Assembly (NCBI GenBank): GCA_963665665.1
Contig: OY762428.1
Coordinates: 160,001 to 224,000, forward strand
DNA from: Candidatus Kapaibacterium sp.
GTDB lineage: Bacteria > Bacteroidota > Ignavibacteria > Kapaibacteriales > UBA2268
Reading direction: 5' to 3'
Length of the DNA stretch: 64,000 bases
The notes beneath the pieces were generated by a model, which saw only the letters and a program-made list of their open reading frames with translations, was not told the origin of the DNA and did not search any database. The position numbers were made by a program, and so were the translations under genes. How positions within the stretch are numbered: position 1 is the first letter of the stretch; each line of letters opens with the position of its first letter. Shown here one piece after another: positions 1-8,805 of this stretch.

Positions 1-1
1 G

Positions 2-553
2 ATAGTTCTTGCTGTTCTGTCAGCAATTGGCGGATTTCTCGGAGTTCCTCATGCCCTTGGGTTTGGCGTACTGCACGATACCAATTTAATCGAAAGCTGG
101 CTGCACCCGATTTTTGCTGATGCACATCATATTATGAATATAATGCCTCATCATCATATACCAGTTGAAGAATACCTGCTAATGCTTCTATCGGTTGGTA
201 TTGCAGTTCTTGGTATTTTTACCGCAAAATCATGGTATAAAGGCGACTGGGCAGTGCCAAAATCTCTTGCCAAAAATTTCAGTGGCATCTACAAGCTGCT
301 TTTCAGGAAATATATGCTGGATGAATTCTATTTTAAAACAGTTATCGATCCGATTGTGAATACATCCCGCGGATTCCTTTGGAAATTTTTTGATGTTAAA
401 CTGATTGACGGTATAGTTAACGGATCTGCAAGGATGATTGCCCTTACCGGCGAGGTTATCCGAAGGATGCAGACCGGTATCGCACAGAATTATGCGCTCG
501 TGATGATGATAGGAATACTTGCCGTGCTTTCATGGCTTGTATTGTCTATATAA
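2..553 (+). CDS. nuoL: NADH-quinone oxidoreductase subunit L, C-terminal part (5' truncated by window edge)
   Basis: Frame is open from base 2 (IVLAVLSAIGGFLGVP...). Carries the NuoL C-terminal motifs K(Y)xxDExY, DxxxIDGIVNG and RRMQTGxAQNYA, and lies directly upstream of nuoM/nuoN. Confidence 0.93.
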   Translation: MVLAVLSAIGGFLGVPHALGFGVLHDTNLIESWLHPIFADAHHIMNIMPHHHIPVEEYLLMLLSVGIAVLGIFTAKSWYKGDWAVPKSLAKNFSGIYKLLFRKYMLDEFYFKTVIDPIVNTSRGFLWKFFDVKLIDGIVNGSARMIALTGEVIRRMQTGIAQNYALVMMIGILAVLSWLVLSI

Positions 554-589
554 AATTGAATAGTATTGTTAGATTGTATAGATATTAAA

Positions 590-2176
590 ATGGCTGCGTT
601 ATTACTGACACTATTTCTGCCTTTTGCCGGCGCAATACTGCTGATGTTCTTCGGCAGGGACGCCCGCAATGCCATTCGGAATACCGCGTTGGGAATTTCA
701 GCGATAACTTTTATCATATCGTTGAGCCTCTGGTTCGGATTTAATTCCGAGAACCCGGGATTTCAGTTTGTAATTGACCAGGTCTGGATACCTTCCATTG
801 ATGCAGGTTTCCGGGTTGGTATGGACGGGATGTCTTTATTGCTTGTAATGCTTACAACATTCATCTCGCCAATATCCATTCTGGCTTCTTTTGACGCAAT
901 TAAAAAGCGCGACAAAGAATATTATATCATGATTCTGCTTCTGCAGTTCGGAATGACAGGTGTATTTATTTCTATGGATATTTTCCTTTTCTACATTTTT
1001 TGGGAAATAATCCTTATACCGATGTATTTCATGATAGGCCTTTGGGGTGGTAAAAACAGAATCTATGCTGCTGTGAAGTTTTTCCTATTCACCGTTGTAG
1101 GTTCTTTGTTCATGCTTATCGCTATTGTATGGCTTGGATATTACACGGGAACCTATCTTGTACCTAATGATGCAGGCTTCACAACAAACCTGATGGTAAT
1201 AAGAGAAGTTGCCCACACAATCCCCTTTGAAATTCAGAGATGGATGTTCCTGGCTTTCGCGTTGTCATTTCTAATAAAAGTACCTCTATTCCCTCTTCAC
1301 ACATGGCTGGCGGATGCTCATACCGAGGCACCAACGCCGGGATCTGTTATCCTGGCAGGCGTACTACTGAAAATGGGTACTTACGGCCTTATCCGATTCA
1401 ACCTGGAATTATTCCCGCAGTCGGCAATTGCTTATGCATCCCCAATTGCATGGCTTGCTGTGATAGGCATTGTTTACGGAGCGCTTGTTGCCATGGTACA
1501 AACTGATGTTAAACGCCTCGTGGCTTTTTCGTCGGTAAGCCACCTGGGGTTTGTTGTACTTGGAATATTTTCAATGACTGCAGCCGGAATCCAGGGCGCT
1601 ATCATCCAGATGGTCAACCACGGATTGTCAACAGGCATGCTCTTCCTTGCCGTGGGTATGATATATGAAAGGCGTCATACAAGAGATATTAAAGAATTCG
1701 GAGGTATTGCCCGGGTTATGCCTGCTTACACTGTATTCTTTGCAATAGCGATGCTGGCTTCGGTAGGGCTTCCGGGACTTAACGGTTTCGTGGGCGAATA
1801 CCTGACGCTTATCGGTGCATTCAAATCACCATTCCTCAACTCATACTGGTATGCAATAATTGCTGCCACAGGAGTGATATTTGCAGCCTGTTACCTGCTT
1901 TGGATGTTCCAGCGCGTTATGTTTGGTGAAAACACCAACCCGGCAAACCATAATTTGAAAGATGTTAACACCCGCGAAGTTATGATGCTTGTTCCGCTGG
2001 TATTATTTATTGTATGGATTGGAGTTTACCCTTCAACATTTATGGGTAAATCTGAAAACTCCACTAAAGCGCTCATCAATAAGCTGCAAATTGTAAAATT
2101 CGGTAAAGCCAAATACGATTTGCCAAAAGTTATTGATAAAAACGAAGAAGAAGTCGGTTTACTCGAAGATAAATAA
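590..2176 (+). CDS. nuoM: NADH-quinone oxidoreductase subunit M
   Basis: Motifs FYIFWE, IKVPLFPLHTWLADAHTEAPT, LLKMGTYG, SVGLPGLNGFVGE. ATG at 590 preferred over TTG at 566. Confidence 0.96.
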   Translation: MAALLLTLFLPFAGAILLMFFGRDARNAIRNTALGISAITFIISLSLWFGFNSENPGFQFVIDQVWIPSIDAGFRVGMDGMSLLLVMLTTFISPISILASFDAIKKRDKEYYIMILLLQFGMTGVFISMDIFLFYIFWEIILIPMYFMIGLWGGKNRIYAAVKFFLFTVVGSLFMLIAIVWLGYYTGTYLVPNDAGFTTNLMVIREVAHTIPFEIQRWMFLAFALSFLIKVPLFPLHTWLADAHTEAPTPGSVILAGVLLKMGTYGLIRFNLELFPQSAIAYASPIAWLAVIGIVYGALVAMVQTDVKRLVAFSSVSHLGFVVLGIFSMTAAGIQGAIIQMVNHGLSTGMLFLAVGMIYERRHTRDIKEFGGIARVMPAYTVFFAIAMLASVGLPGLNGFVGEYLTLIGAFKSPFLNSYWYAIIAATGVIFAACYLLWMFQRVMFGENTNPANHNLKDVNTREVMMLVPLVLFIVWIGVYPSTFMGKSENSTKALINKLQIVKFGKAKYDLPKVIDKNEEEVGLLEDK

Positions 2177-2199
2177 GAAATTTTATTTACAATATACAC

Positions 2200-3678
2200 A
2201 TGACCATGGGAAATGAAATTCAATTATCGCTGCCATTAATATTGATCTCGGTACTGTCTGTTGCGGCAATCGTAATCGATGCATTATCCGGGAAAAACAA
2301 AGGCCTGCTATACCTGTTTTCTATTGCGGGATTGATAATCACTGCCGCCGCCGCAGGGGCAAGCATGACTATCCCCCTTGAAACAGTTAACAGCATACTG
2401 CCCGAAGAAAGCCTGACAAAAGGTATGATCAGCTTCGGAGGCTACGCGGCATTTTTTGATATCCTGTTCTGCCTGGCTGGAATTATGACTTTATTCGCGG
2501 CCCGGCAATACATGATTAAAGAATATCAGGAGTATAAAGAATTCTATTCCTTAATACTTCTGGCAATTAGCGGCATGATGTATATCGTTCATGCAGCAAA
2601 TATGATCATTCTTTTCATTGGTATAGAGATAATGTCCCTGGCATTTTACGTTTTGTCGGGATTTATTCGTACTAACCTGAAATCAGTGGAAGCTGCCCTG
2701 AAATATTTCCTTCTCGGAGCTTTTGCCACCGGGTTCCTTCTTTACGGAATAGCGATGATATACGGTGCAACAGGATCTATTGATATTGGCATTATTGCCG
2801 AAAAAGTAAGAGCAGCCGACTACAACCTGCTTTACCTTACCATCGGTTTCGGGCTAATGATAATAGGCCTTAGTTTCAAAGTTGCGGCATTTCCTTTCCA
2901 CCAGTGGGCTCCGGATGTTTACGAGGGAGCACCAACAGTTGTTACTGCATTCATGAGCACAGCTGGTAAAGCTGCAGCCGTTACTGCTTTCATAATCGTC
3001 GGAAGGGCTATTATGCCCCAGGTTTCCGACCAGGTAGTGGCAGCAGCATCAACAGACACGGCCAGACTAATTATTGCCATTATATCCGCAGCTACAATGC
3101 TTGTTGGTAATATCAGCGCCGTGGTCCAGAAAAATGTAAAAAGAATGCTCGCATATTCCTCAGTTGCACACGCCGGATATATGCTTATGGGCATTGTGGC
3201 CAACAACGACCGCGGCTGGGCCGGGATAGCATTCTATGCAAGCGCATATCTTTTCATGCAGATCGGTTCCTTTGTGGTTGTATCTCTGATCGAAAACAAA
3301 GAGAAAAACTTAATGCTTGATGATTACGCGGGCCTTAGCAAAACGCAGCCTGCTCTTGCCGCAATGATGGCTTTATTCATGTTCTCGCTGGCAGGCATTC
3401 CGCCAATGGCTGGTTTCTTCGGCAAATATTACCTGTTTGCAGCCGCAATCGAAGCCGGGTTTACATGGCTGACAATACTTGCCGTTATATCCTCAATTAT
3501 CTCAGTTTACTTCTATATCGGACTCGTTGTTCAGATGTATTTCAAAGAACAGGGCGAAACAGAGATAAAAGTAAAAACCGGCGCGGCGGGAATCACACTG
3601 GCAATTTCAGTGGCAGGAATACTTATTTTCGGTTTCTTCCCCTCCCTGCTTATGAATATAGCCGAAAAGATTTTCTAA
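2200..3678 (+). CDS. nuoN: NADH-quinone oxidoreductase subunit N
   Basis: Motifs EAALKYFLLG, FKVAAFPFHQWAPDVYEGAPT, KRMLAYSSVAHAGY, SLAGIPPMAGFFGK. Confidence 0.96.
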   Translation: MTMGNEIQLSLPLILISVLSVAAIVIDALSGKNKGLLYLFSIAGLIITAAAAGASMTIPLETVNSILPEESLTKGMISFGGYAAFFDILFCLAGIMTLFAARQYMIKEYQEYKEFYSLILLAISGMMYIVHAANMIILFIGIEIMSLAFYVLSGFIRTNLKSVEAALKYFLLGAFATGFLLYGIAMIYGATGSIDIGIIAEKVRAADYNLLYLTIGFGLMIIGLSFKVAAFPFHQWAPDVYEGAPTVVTAFMSTAGKAAAVTAFIIVGRAIMPQVSDQVVAAASTDTARLIIAIISAATMLVGNISAVVQKNVKRMLAYSSVAHAGYMLMGIVANNDRGWAGIAFYASAYLFMQIGSFVVVSLIENKEKNLMLDDYAGLSKTQPALAAMMALFMFSLAGIPPMAGFFGKYYLFAAAIEAGFTWLTILAVISSIISVYFYIGLVVQMYFKEQGETEIKVKTGAAGITLAISVAGILIFGFFPSLLMNIAEKIF

Positions 3679-3702
3679 CCAACATAAAAATTTATCACAA
3701 CT

Positions 3703-3729
3703 AAGCCTCCGATTCTCGGGGGCTTTTTT
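3703..3729 (+). terminator. Intrinsic terminator after nuoN
   Basis: Hairpin aagcctccga-ttc-tcgggggctt followed by a T run. Confidence 0.75.
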
Positions 3730-3775
3730 AATTGCATTCTTTCCTTTCTATTGATGGCTGGGGACAATTTTTCCT

Positions 3776-3800
3776 CTCCTTCCCAAGCCCCGCTTGGGAA
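3776..3800. repeat. REP-like palindrome CTCCTTCCCAAGCCCCGCTTGGGAA, copy 1
   Basis: Palindromic core ttcccaagc-ccc-gcttgggaa. An identical 25-bp copy is at 7346-7370. Confidence 0.8.
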
Positions 3801-3859
3801 TGTAATTCCACAAAAAATAGAATTTTAATGGGAATTAACCCACATATTTTTCCTGCCGC

Positions 3860-4763
3860 CTATCCCACCGCCACCACAGCGCTTATCAGCCCGTAACCAT
3901 TATGGTTGCGCGCACGGACGGCATACTCTGCCGGAATCTCCGCCGGTGGCAGCATAGCGCTCAGATCGCGGCCCCGCCAGGCTTTCCGCCATTTTTTACC
4001 CTTTTTTGTGCCGCGCGTCACAATCTCGTAACTCGTCGCGCCCTCCACTTCCGGCCATGAAAAAACTTCCTGCGCGGCATCATAGTCAAAATCCGCCGGA
4101 GCCTCGGGCCTGTGCGGGTTTCCGCGCCTTTTCAGGTTCACCATCCCGATTTTCTGGATCAGCACCGAATCCTTGCCCATCACCCCGCGCCACCAGCCCT
4201 TCAGCAAGGTCAGCAGCCACTCGTCGGCCTTCATCAGCTCCTTCAGCTCCGCAGTGCTGTGCATCGCGCGCTTCTTTTTCTGCTCCTGTTCCTCCAGCGC
4301 CAGCTCCGTATCGGCAATCGCCGCAGCCAGCCTGTCTATCATCAGCTGCGGAATAGTTTTCGGCAGCCCCTCCTGAACGTGCCGATTGTACACTTCAACA
4401 ACCAGCTCGGCCCTCGAAAGCATCTCCAGGCGCGACTTTGGGAACCTCAGCCCAAAATCAAAATCCTTCAGATGCTTCTGATCATCCGCGTAAATCGGAA
4501 TACCCAACGCCCGCACAATCTGATAACATTCCGTCAGTTCCCTAAGCATATTCTGCACCAAAAAGGTCTGTGAATGCCACTGCGCAGTGTCCACCGCCGA
4601 CGAACTAATCTTATTCATGAATATATCATAACAGTCCTCAGCCCAAATACAGATTTCCTGCGGCGCATGAAGCTCATCACGAATAAAATCATGATTATCC
4701 TGGATTTTCCTAAGCCTTTCAGCCCTGATATCATGAGTATCCTGCAAGAAATTATTGTTTAGT
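3860..4763 (-). pseudogene. Helical protein with C-terminal fibronectin-III-like domain; 3' part of a gene interrupted by IS3
   Basis: The 295-aa ORF ends in an FN3-like segment (PEAPADF...FSWPEVEGATSYEI...YAVRARNHNGYGLIS). Removing the IS restores an in-frame ATG at 6220 with a GGGGAG RBS. Visibly GC-richer than its flanks. Confidence 0.75.
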
Positions 4764-5003
4764 TGAAATGCTCCCTATTGCTTAGACAAATAAAAGTATA
4801 GTTTATGGTGTTTATTAATCTATACTTCTTCTCTAATAAAATAAGAAAAAAATATGTAATAATATTAATTTTTCTTTTTTTTGCTACTTTTTTTTCTTTT
4901 TGTTAACAACCTGGAAATTGTGGATAACTTTCACTCTCCTTTCTATTTCTTTTTTTATCAATTGCTTACCGGATTGCATTTTTTCACTTTTCCAACAAAG
5001 TTT

Positions 5004-5849
5004 TCAATTAACGAACCGCTGTTCGTTCATATATTTTTCAGCCGGAATCTGGTATTCAATTCCTGCGTGCGGCCTCGTGTTGTTATACCAATCGACATAA
5101 GCCTTTATACCGCCATAGAGCTCTTTTCCGTCTTCGTAAGACTTCAGATACAGGTCTTCGTATTTAAAGCTCCGCCAGAAGCGTTCTATGTAAACATTGT
5201 CCAAGGCGCGGCCCTTGCCGTCCATGCTTACCTTAACATCAGCATCCAGAATCGTTTTCACAAAATCATTGCTCGTGAACTGACTGCCCTGATCCGTGTT
5301 TGTTATTTCCGGTTTCCTGGTTTTCAAAGACCTTTTTATTGTATCTATGCAGAACTCCTTCTCAAGGTTATTCGATAATTCCCAGTCGACGATATACCTG
5401 CTATAAACATCTATAATTGCTATAAGATACATAAATCCTTTACGCATCGGAATATATGTTATATCCAGGCTCCAAACCTGATCCGGACGACTTATTTTCA
5501 TATCCCTCAACAGGTATGGATAAATTTTGTGCTCCTTGTTCGGTTTGCTCGTGTCCGGTTGGGGATATATTGCCCGAAGTCCCAATAATTTCATTAATCG
5601 CCTGATTCGTTTATAGTTAACATGGTATCCCAAAGAACGTAAGTGTGCTGTCATTTTTCTGGCTCCATAAAATGGAGTAATCGCGAATTGTTCTTTGATC
5701 AGCTTCATATATAGAATATTTGCTTCACTTTCACCCTTGGGTTTGTAATAATAACAGCTCCTGCTAATACCCAAAAGCTCGCACTGCCGGCTTATGCTAA
5801 TTTCTTTATTATCAGCATCTACCATCTTCCTGCGTTCTTCTTTACTCAC
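5004..5849 (-). CDS. IS3-family transposase OrfB (HTH_21 + rve DDE integrase core)
   Basis: SISRQCELLG, YGARK, WSLDITY (D), NTDQGSQFTS (D), DNVYIERFWRSFKYE (E), YNNTRPH. Confidence 0.95.
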   Translation of the reverse strand: MSKEERRKMVDADNKEISISRQCELLGISRSCYYYKPKGESEANILYMKLIKEQFAITPFYGARKMTAHLRSLGYHVNYKRIRRLMKLLGLRAIYPQPDTSKPNKEHKIYPYLLRDMKISRPDQVWSLDITYIPMRKGFMYLIAIIDVYSRYIVDWELSNNLEKEFCIDTIKRSLKTRKPEITNTDQGSQFTSNDFVKTILDADVKVSMDGKGRALDNVYIERFWRSFKYEDLYLKSYEDGKELYGGIKAYVDWYNNTRPHAGIEYQIPAEKYMNEQRFVN

Positions 5850-6129
5850 GTCCCAATTTTTTTTTTAACCAGTCTAATTCAATTTTTAGCCGGCCTATTT
5901 CTTCATATAATACTGATTCGTCTTTTTCTTTTTTATTCTTCCCTGGCCCACGCTTGTTTTCAAATACTTCCTTTTCACTTTCTTTTAAATGCTTTTTCCA
6001 CATGCTTATCTGGTTTGGATGAACCCCGTACTCCGATGCCAGCTCGGTTATTGTTTTTCTCTCTTGGACTGCCTCCAGGGCTACCTGCATTTTGAATTTT
6101 GAACTGTAATTTCTTCGTTTGTTTGCCAT
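5842..6129 (-). CDS. IS3-family transposase OrfA (HTH)
   Basis: RRNYSSKFKMQVALE...ELASEYGVHPNQISMWKK...LYEEIGRLKIELDWLKKK, with a GGAG RBS upstream. Confidence 0.93.
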   Translation of the reverse strand: MANKRRNYSSKFKMQVALEAVQERKTITELASEYGVHPNQISMWKKHLKESEKEVFENKRGPGKNKKEKDESVLYEEIGRLKIELDWLKKKLGRE

Positions 6130-6206
6130 TTGATGCTCCTTTTGATTTTTTGCAAGTTAAGATTATTTCACCTTAAATCGCTGTTTTTTTTAAAGGAAGC
6201 CGTTCA

Positions 6207-6220
6207 AGTATTACAGACAT
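6207..6220 (-). pseudogene. Displaced 5' end (ATG TCT GTA ATA CT..) of the IS-interrupted FN3-like gene
   Basis: Joining across one AGT copy reads MSVILNNNF-LQDTHDIRAER in frame. GGGGAG lies 5 nt upstream of the ATG. Confidence 0.75.
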
Positions 6221-6809
6221 TAAATCTCCCCGATATATAATATGATTACTAATATTAATATAAGTAATTAAATTATAAGTTCAAAGCAATAATCTACTTA
6301 TACAACAAATTAAATAATAACAATTAATATTTATCTTAAATAATTGAGTAATTCCCTAAGCAAAAACCATAAATAATCAATCAGAAATATTAAATAACAT
6401 ATTCATATTAGTAAATAATTAACTCATAATATCAATTCCAATTTATTTCATATTAAATAAACAGCCTGATTTAGTAAAAAACAGATTAGCCTAATAAATT
6501 ATAATACTTTATTATATAATAGGACAAATAATATATACAATTAGCATAACTTACTATTTTATCATATACATAAATAAATTAATAATATGAATAAGGAATT
6601 TAGTTAGATAAACTATATCAAGCATAAAATAGATTAAATATTTAATAAAATATAACGATAAAATATAAATTTATGATGATTATATACTCTGATAAATAAA
6701 ATATATAATAAATTATACTAACTAAATATTAACCCGATTATCCGATACCAGCAAATTGCACACACCAAATCATTTACAGGATTAGGCTTCATTCAAATAA
6801 TCCGTGTAT

Positions 6810-6998
6810 TTATTATTTTGAAATAAAGAATCGGAATTATAATTCAAATGATCAGTCTTTCCCGACATTGATTCACAATTTTGAAAGTAAGAATCATAAT
6901 TATGGGATAAAAAATTGATATTCTCAGCAATCAGATCACTATTTTAATATAAAAAATCGAAATTGTGGGATATATGATTGTTATTTTGAAAGAAATAA
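6810..6998. repeat. Degenerate 21-bp tandem array (about 9 units, with a 63-bp higher-order period)
   Basis: Units such as tcacaattttgaaagtaagaa / tcataattatgggataaaaaa / tcactattttaatataaaaaa / tcgaaattgtgggatatatga align at exactly 21-bp steps. Confidence 0.6.
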
Positions 6999-7061
6999 AG
7001 GCAAATCCGTCGCCGGAAGACATTCTTATCCGCCATCCCCCTATTCATCGGAATGAAGGAT

Positions 7062-7502
7062 AGCGGCGTAGCCGCGACATTTTTGTAGTAAATCGATCCC
7101 GAAAAGAACAACAGCCCCGTCGGGGCGGCATTTACATTTCAGATGTCGCTCCTACGGAGCTTTGAATGAAGATTATGCAAATATTATCTACAAAAATTCC
7201 GCTCCTACGGAGCTTTTTTATATGATTTCGCTGCTCTTGCAACAGAGGAAGTCCACATTTACTTTGCAGATAATGTATAAAGAATGGATACTTCGCTTCG
7301 CTCAGTATGACAATCCATGCGCCGGCGTGGGACAGGTGATTTTCCCTCCTTCCCAAGCCCCGCTTGGGAAGGAATATTTCCTGCAAAGTTCTACTTTGGA
7401 ATTATGAAGCTCAGCTTCAAAAGAAAACTGCATTACGAAGTACAAGTTCGTAATGAGGGGGAATGTATATAGAATGGATACTTCGCTTCGCTCAGTATGA
7501 CA
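7062..7502. repeat. Cluster of REP/REPIN-like palindromic elements
   Basis: GCTCCTACGGAGC twice, GCCCCGTCGGGGC, GCGGCGTAGCCGC, TTCCCAAGCCCCGCTTGGGAA, and a 32-bp direct repeat AGAATGGATACTTCGCTTCGCTCAGTATGACA at 7281 and 7471. 27-bp and 36-bp exact inverted matches to 53299-53325 and 53168-53203. Confidence 0.85.
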
Positions 7503-7582
7503 TTCCATCCCTTTAATCCCCTACGGCGAAGGTGAATTATCCGGTATAACTTCTTTATCTGTTTTAGTGAAAGTATTATAAT

Positions 7583-8371
7583 TTATTTCGGCAGCCTGAA
7601 AGCAAGCCCTGCACCGACAAACATATCTTCTGTTATTTCAGATAAGGCATAGCCCCCGGCAATATCAAATTGAAGGTTATCCATCAGCGAGTAAGTAAAA
7701 CCACAATCAAACTGATGGTTGGGTTTAAAATCCGATGCAGCATCGCCGTATAATTCAACAAATGCTCCCAATTTATCAGTAAGGCCGATACCAAGGGCAC
7801 ATGAATAAATGTACGAAGGTATTCCGCCTTCCCACGCCATACCAAGATTGGCACATGTAGACAGGGTTTCATTCAAGCCCTTTTCAAAGCTGAAACGAAA
7901 ACCTGGTTCGGCATACTCGGGTACAAGAGCTTCTTCTCCATGAGGCAGTGCGGTTGATACCAGTACAGCAATTTTAGGGATCAGGTCATCTCCTTCGGTT
8001 ATCTTTACCTTGAAACCTAATTCTGTATCGCTTAGCCCTGATATATCATTTTCCATATCATTATACTTGCTGGTTATCTTGCTGTAGGCAAAGCCAAAGC
8101 GCAATTCCATTGCCTCGAAAACACCAAACCTGAAAAGTGTTGTTGCCAGGCCGAGGTTGGTTGTTTCAAGTCCGTCCATATCATCCATTCCAAGTGTAAA
8201 GCCGGTTTCTACCTGAAGCCAGCCTGGAACAACTATATTCGCAGATTCTGACTGATCGGGACGGTCAGTAACCATTTCCGGTATTTCTTCGGATAAGAGA
8301 TTTCTTGTTAATATCAAGAACAGTATGAGCGTGAAGATTGTGTAATTAGTTTTTTTCATAGTTATTTCCAT
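7583..8371 (-). CDS. Outer-membrane beta-barrel 'transporter' (Phenol_MetA_deg/SphA-like family)
   Basis: Signal peptide, then TDRPDQSESA..V..GWLQVETG, GLSDTELGFK and alternating beta strands ending AGLAFRLPK. Confidence 0.8.
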   Translation of the reverse strand: MEITMKKTNYTIFTLILFLILTRNLLSEEIPEMVTDRPDQSESANIVVPGWLQVETGFTLGMDDMDGLETTNLGLATTLFRFGVFEAMELRFGFAYSKITSKYNDMENDISGLSDTELGFKVKITEGDDLIPKIAVLVSTALPHGEEALVPEYAEPGFRFSFEKGLNETLSTCANLGMAWEGGIPSYIYSCALGIGLTDKLGAFVELYGDAASDFKPNHQFDCGFTYSLMDNLQFDIAGGYALSEITEDMFVGAGLAFRLPK

Positions 8372-8451
8372 TTTAAAACGTTATATTTAGTAATTATAAT
8401 CGAAAATGTGTAATTATAATTGCAAATCAACAAAATCATTCAATAATCAAT

Positions 8452-8805
8452 ATGAAAAAAAATATAATAACCAAAATTATCCGTCTGATAATGGCCATCT
8501 GGGCAGTTGCACTTCTTGCAATGATTTACCTGTTGGGAATGAGTGGATCGGGATTTTCAATAGAAATGCTGGTATTCATGCCCTTACTTGCCGTGCCTGT
8601 CATTCTTATCTGGAAATGGGAATATTTGGGTGGAATTATTGTTTTCGCTTTTTCATTAACGCTGATTCTGATCTTCGATTGGAAATTCACAGACCTGACA
8701 AATCCCGGCTTTATCAGTTTTATTATTCCATTATTTACAGGTATTGCATCATTCCTTAATAGTGATAAATTCCGGGGAAGGAAGAGAGAAAAAAATATAA
8801 ATTAA
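8452..8805 (+). CDS. Small membrane protein, about 4 TM helices, unknown function
   Basis: ATG start, four hydrophobic segments with a WKWEYLGG motif, basic C-terminal tail. Confidence 0.65.
   Translation: MKKNIITKIIRLIMAIWAVALLAMIYLLGMSGSGFSIEMLVFMPLLAVPVILIWKWEYLGGIIVFAFSLTLILIFDWKFTDLTNPGFISFIIPLFTGIASFLNSDKFRGRKREKNIN

Larger units (their letters stand above)
4764..6206 (-). mobile_element. Complete IS3-family insertion sequence (1443 bp) with 3-bp target duplication AGT
   Basis: TG...CA ends. Imperfect inverted repeats TGAAATGCTCCCT...TTTATGGTG at 4764 and TGAACGGCTTCCT...TTTAAGGTG read from 6206 on the minus strand. AGT flanks both ends (4761-4763, 6207-6209). orfA/orfB organisation. 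Confidence 0.92.

Noticed and set aside
4006-5378. Plus-strand ORFs overlapping the FN3-like gene and the IS3 transposase
   Set aside because: Antisense shadow frames of real genes.
4900-6740. Replication origin (DnaA box plus AT-rich tract)
   Set aside because: The single perfect DnaA box is inside the IS, there is no box cluster beside the AT-rich tract, and there is no dnaA/dnaN context.
3860-7500. Diversity-generating retroelement, retron or integron cassette
   Set aside because: No reverse transcriptase or integrase, no adenine-specific TR/VR pair, and no attC core sites identified.
7132-7508. Short ORFs 7132-7386, 7162-7407 and 7302-7508 (likewise 52587-52772, 53078-53347, 53360-53638, 54446-54703)
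   Set aside because: They are translations of palindromic repeat DNA with no RBS or domain evidence.
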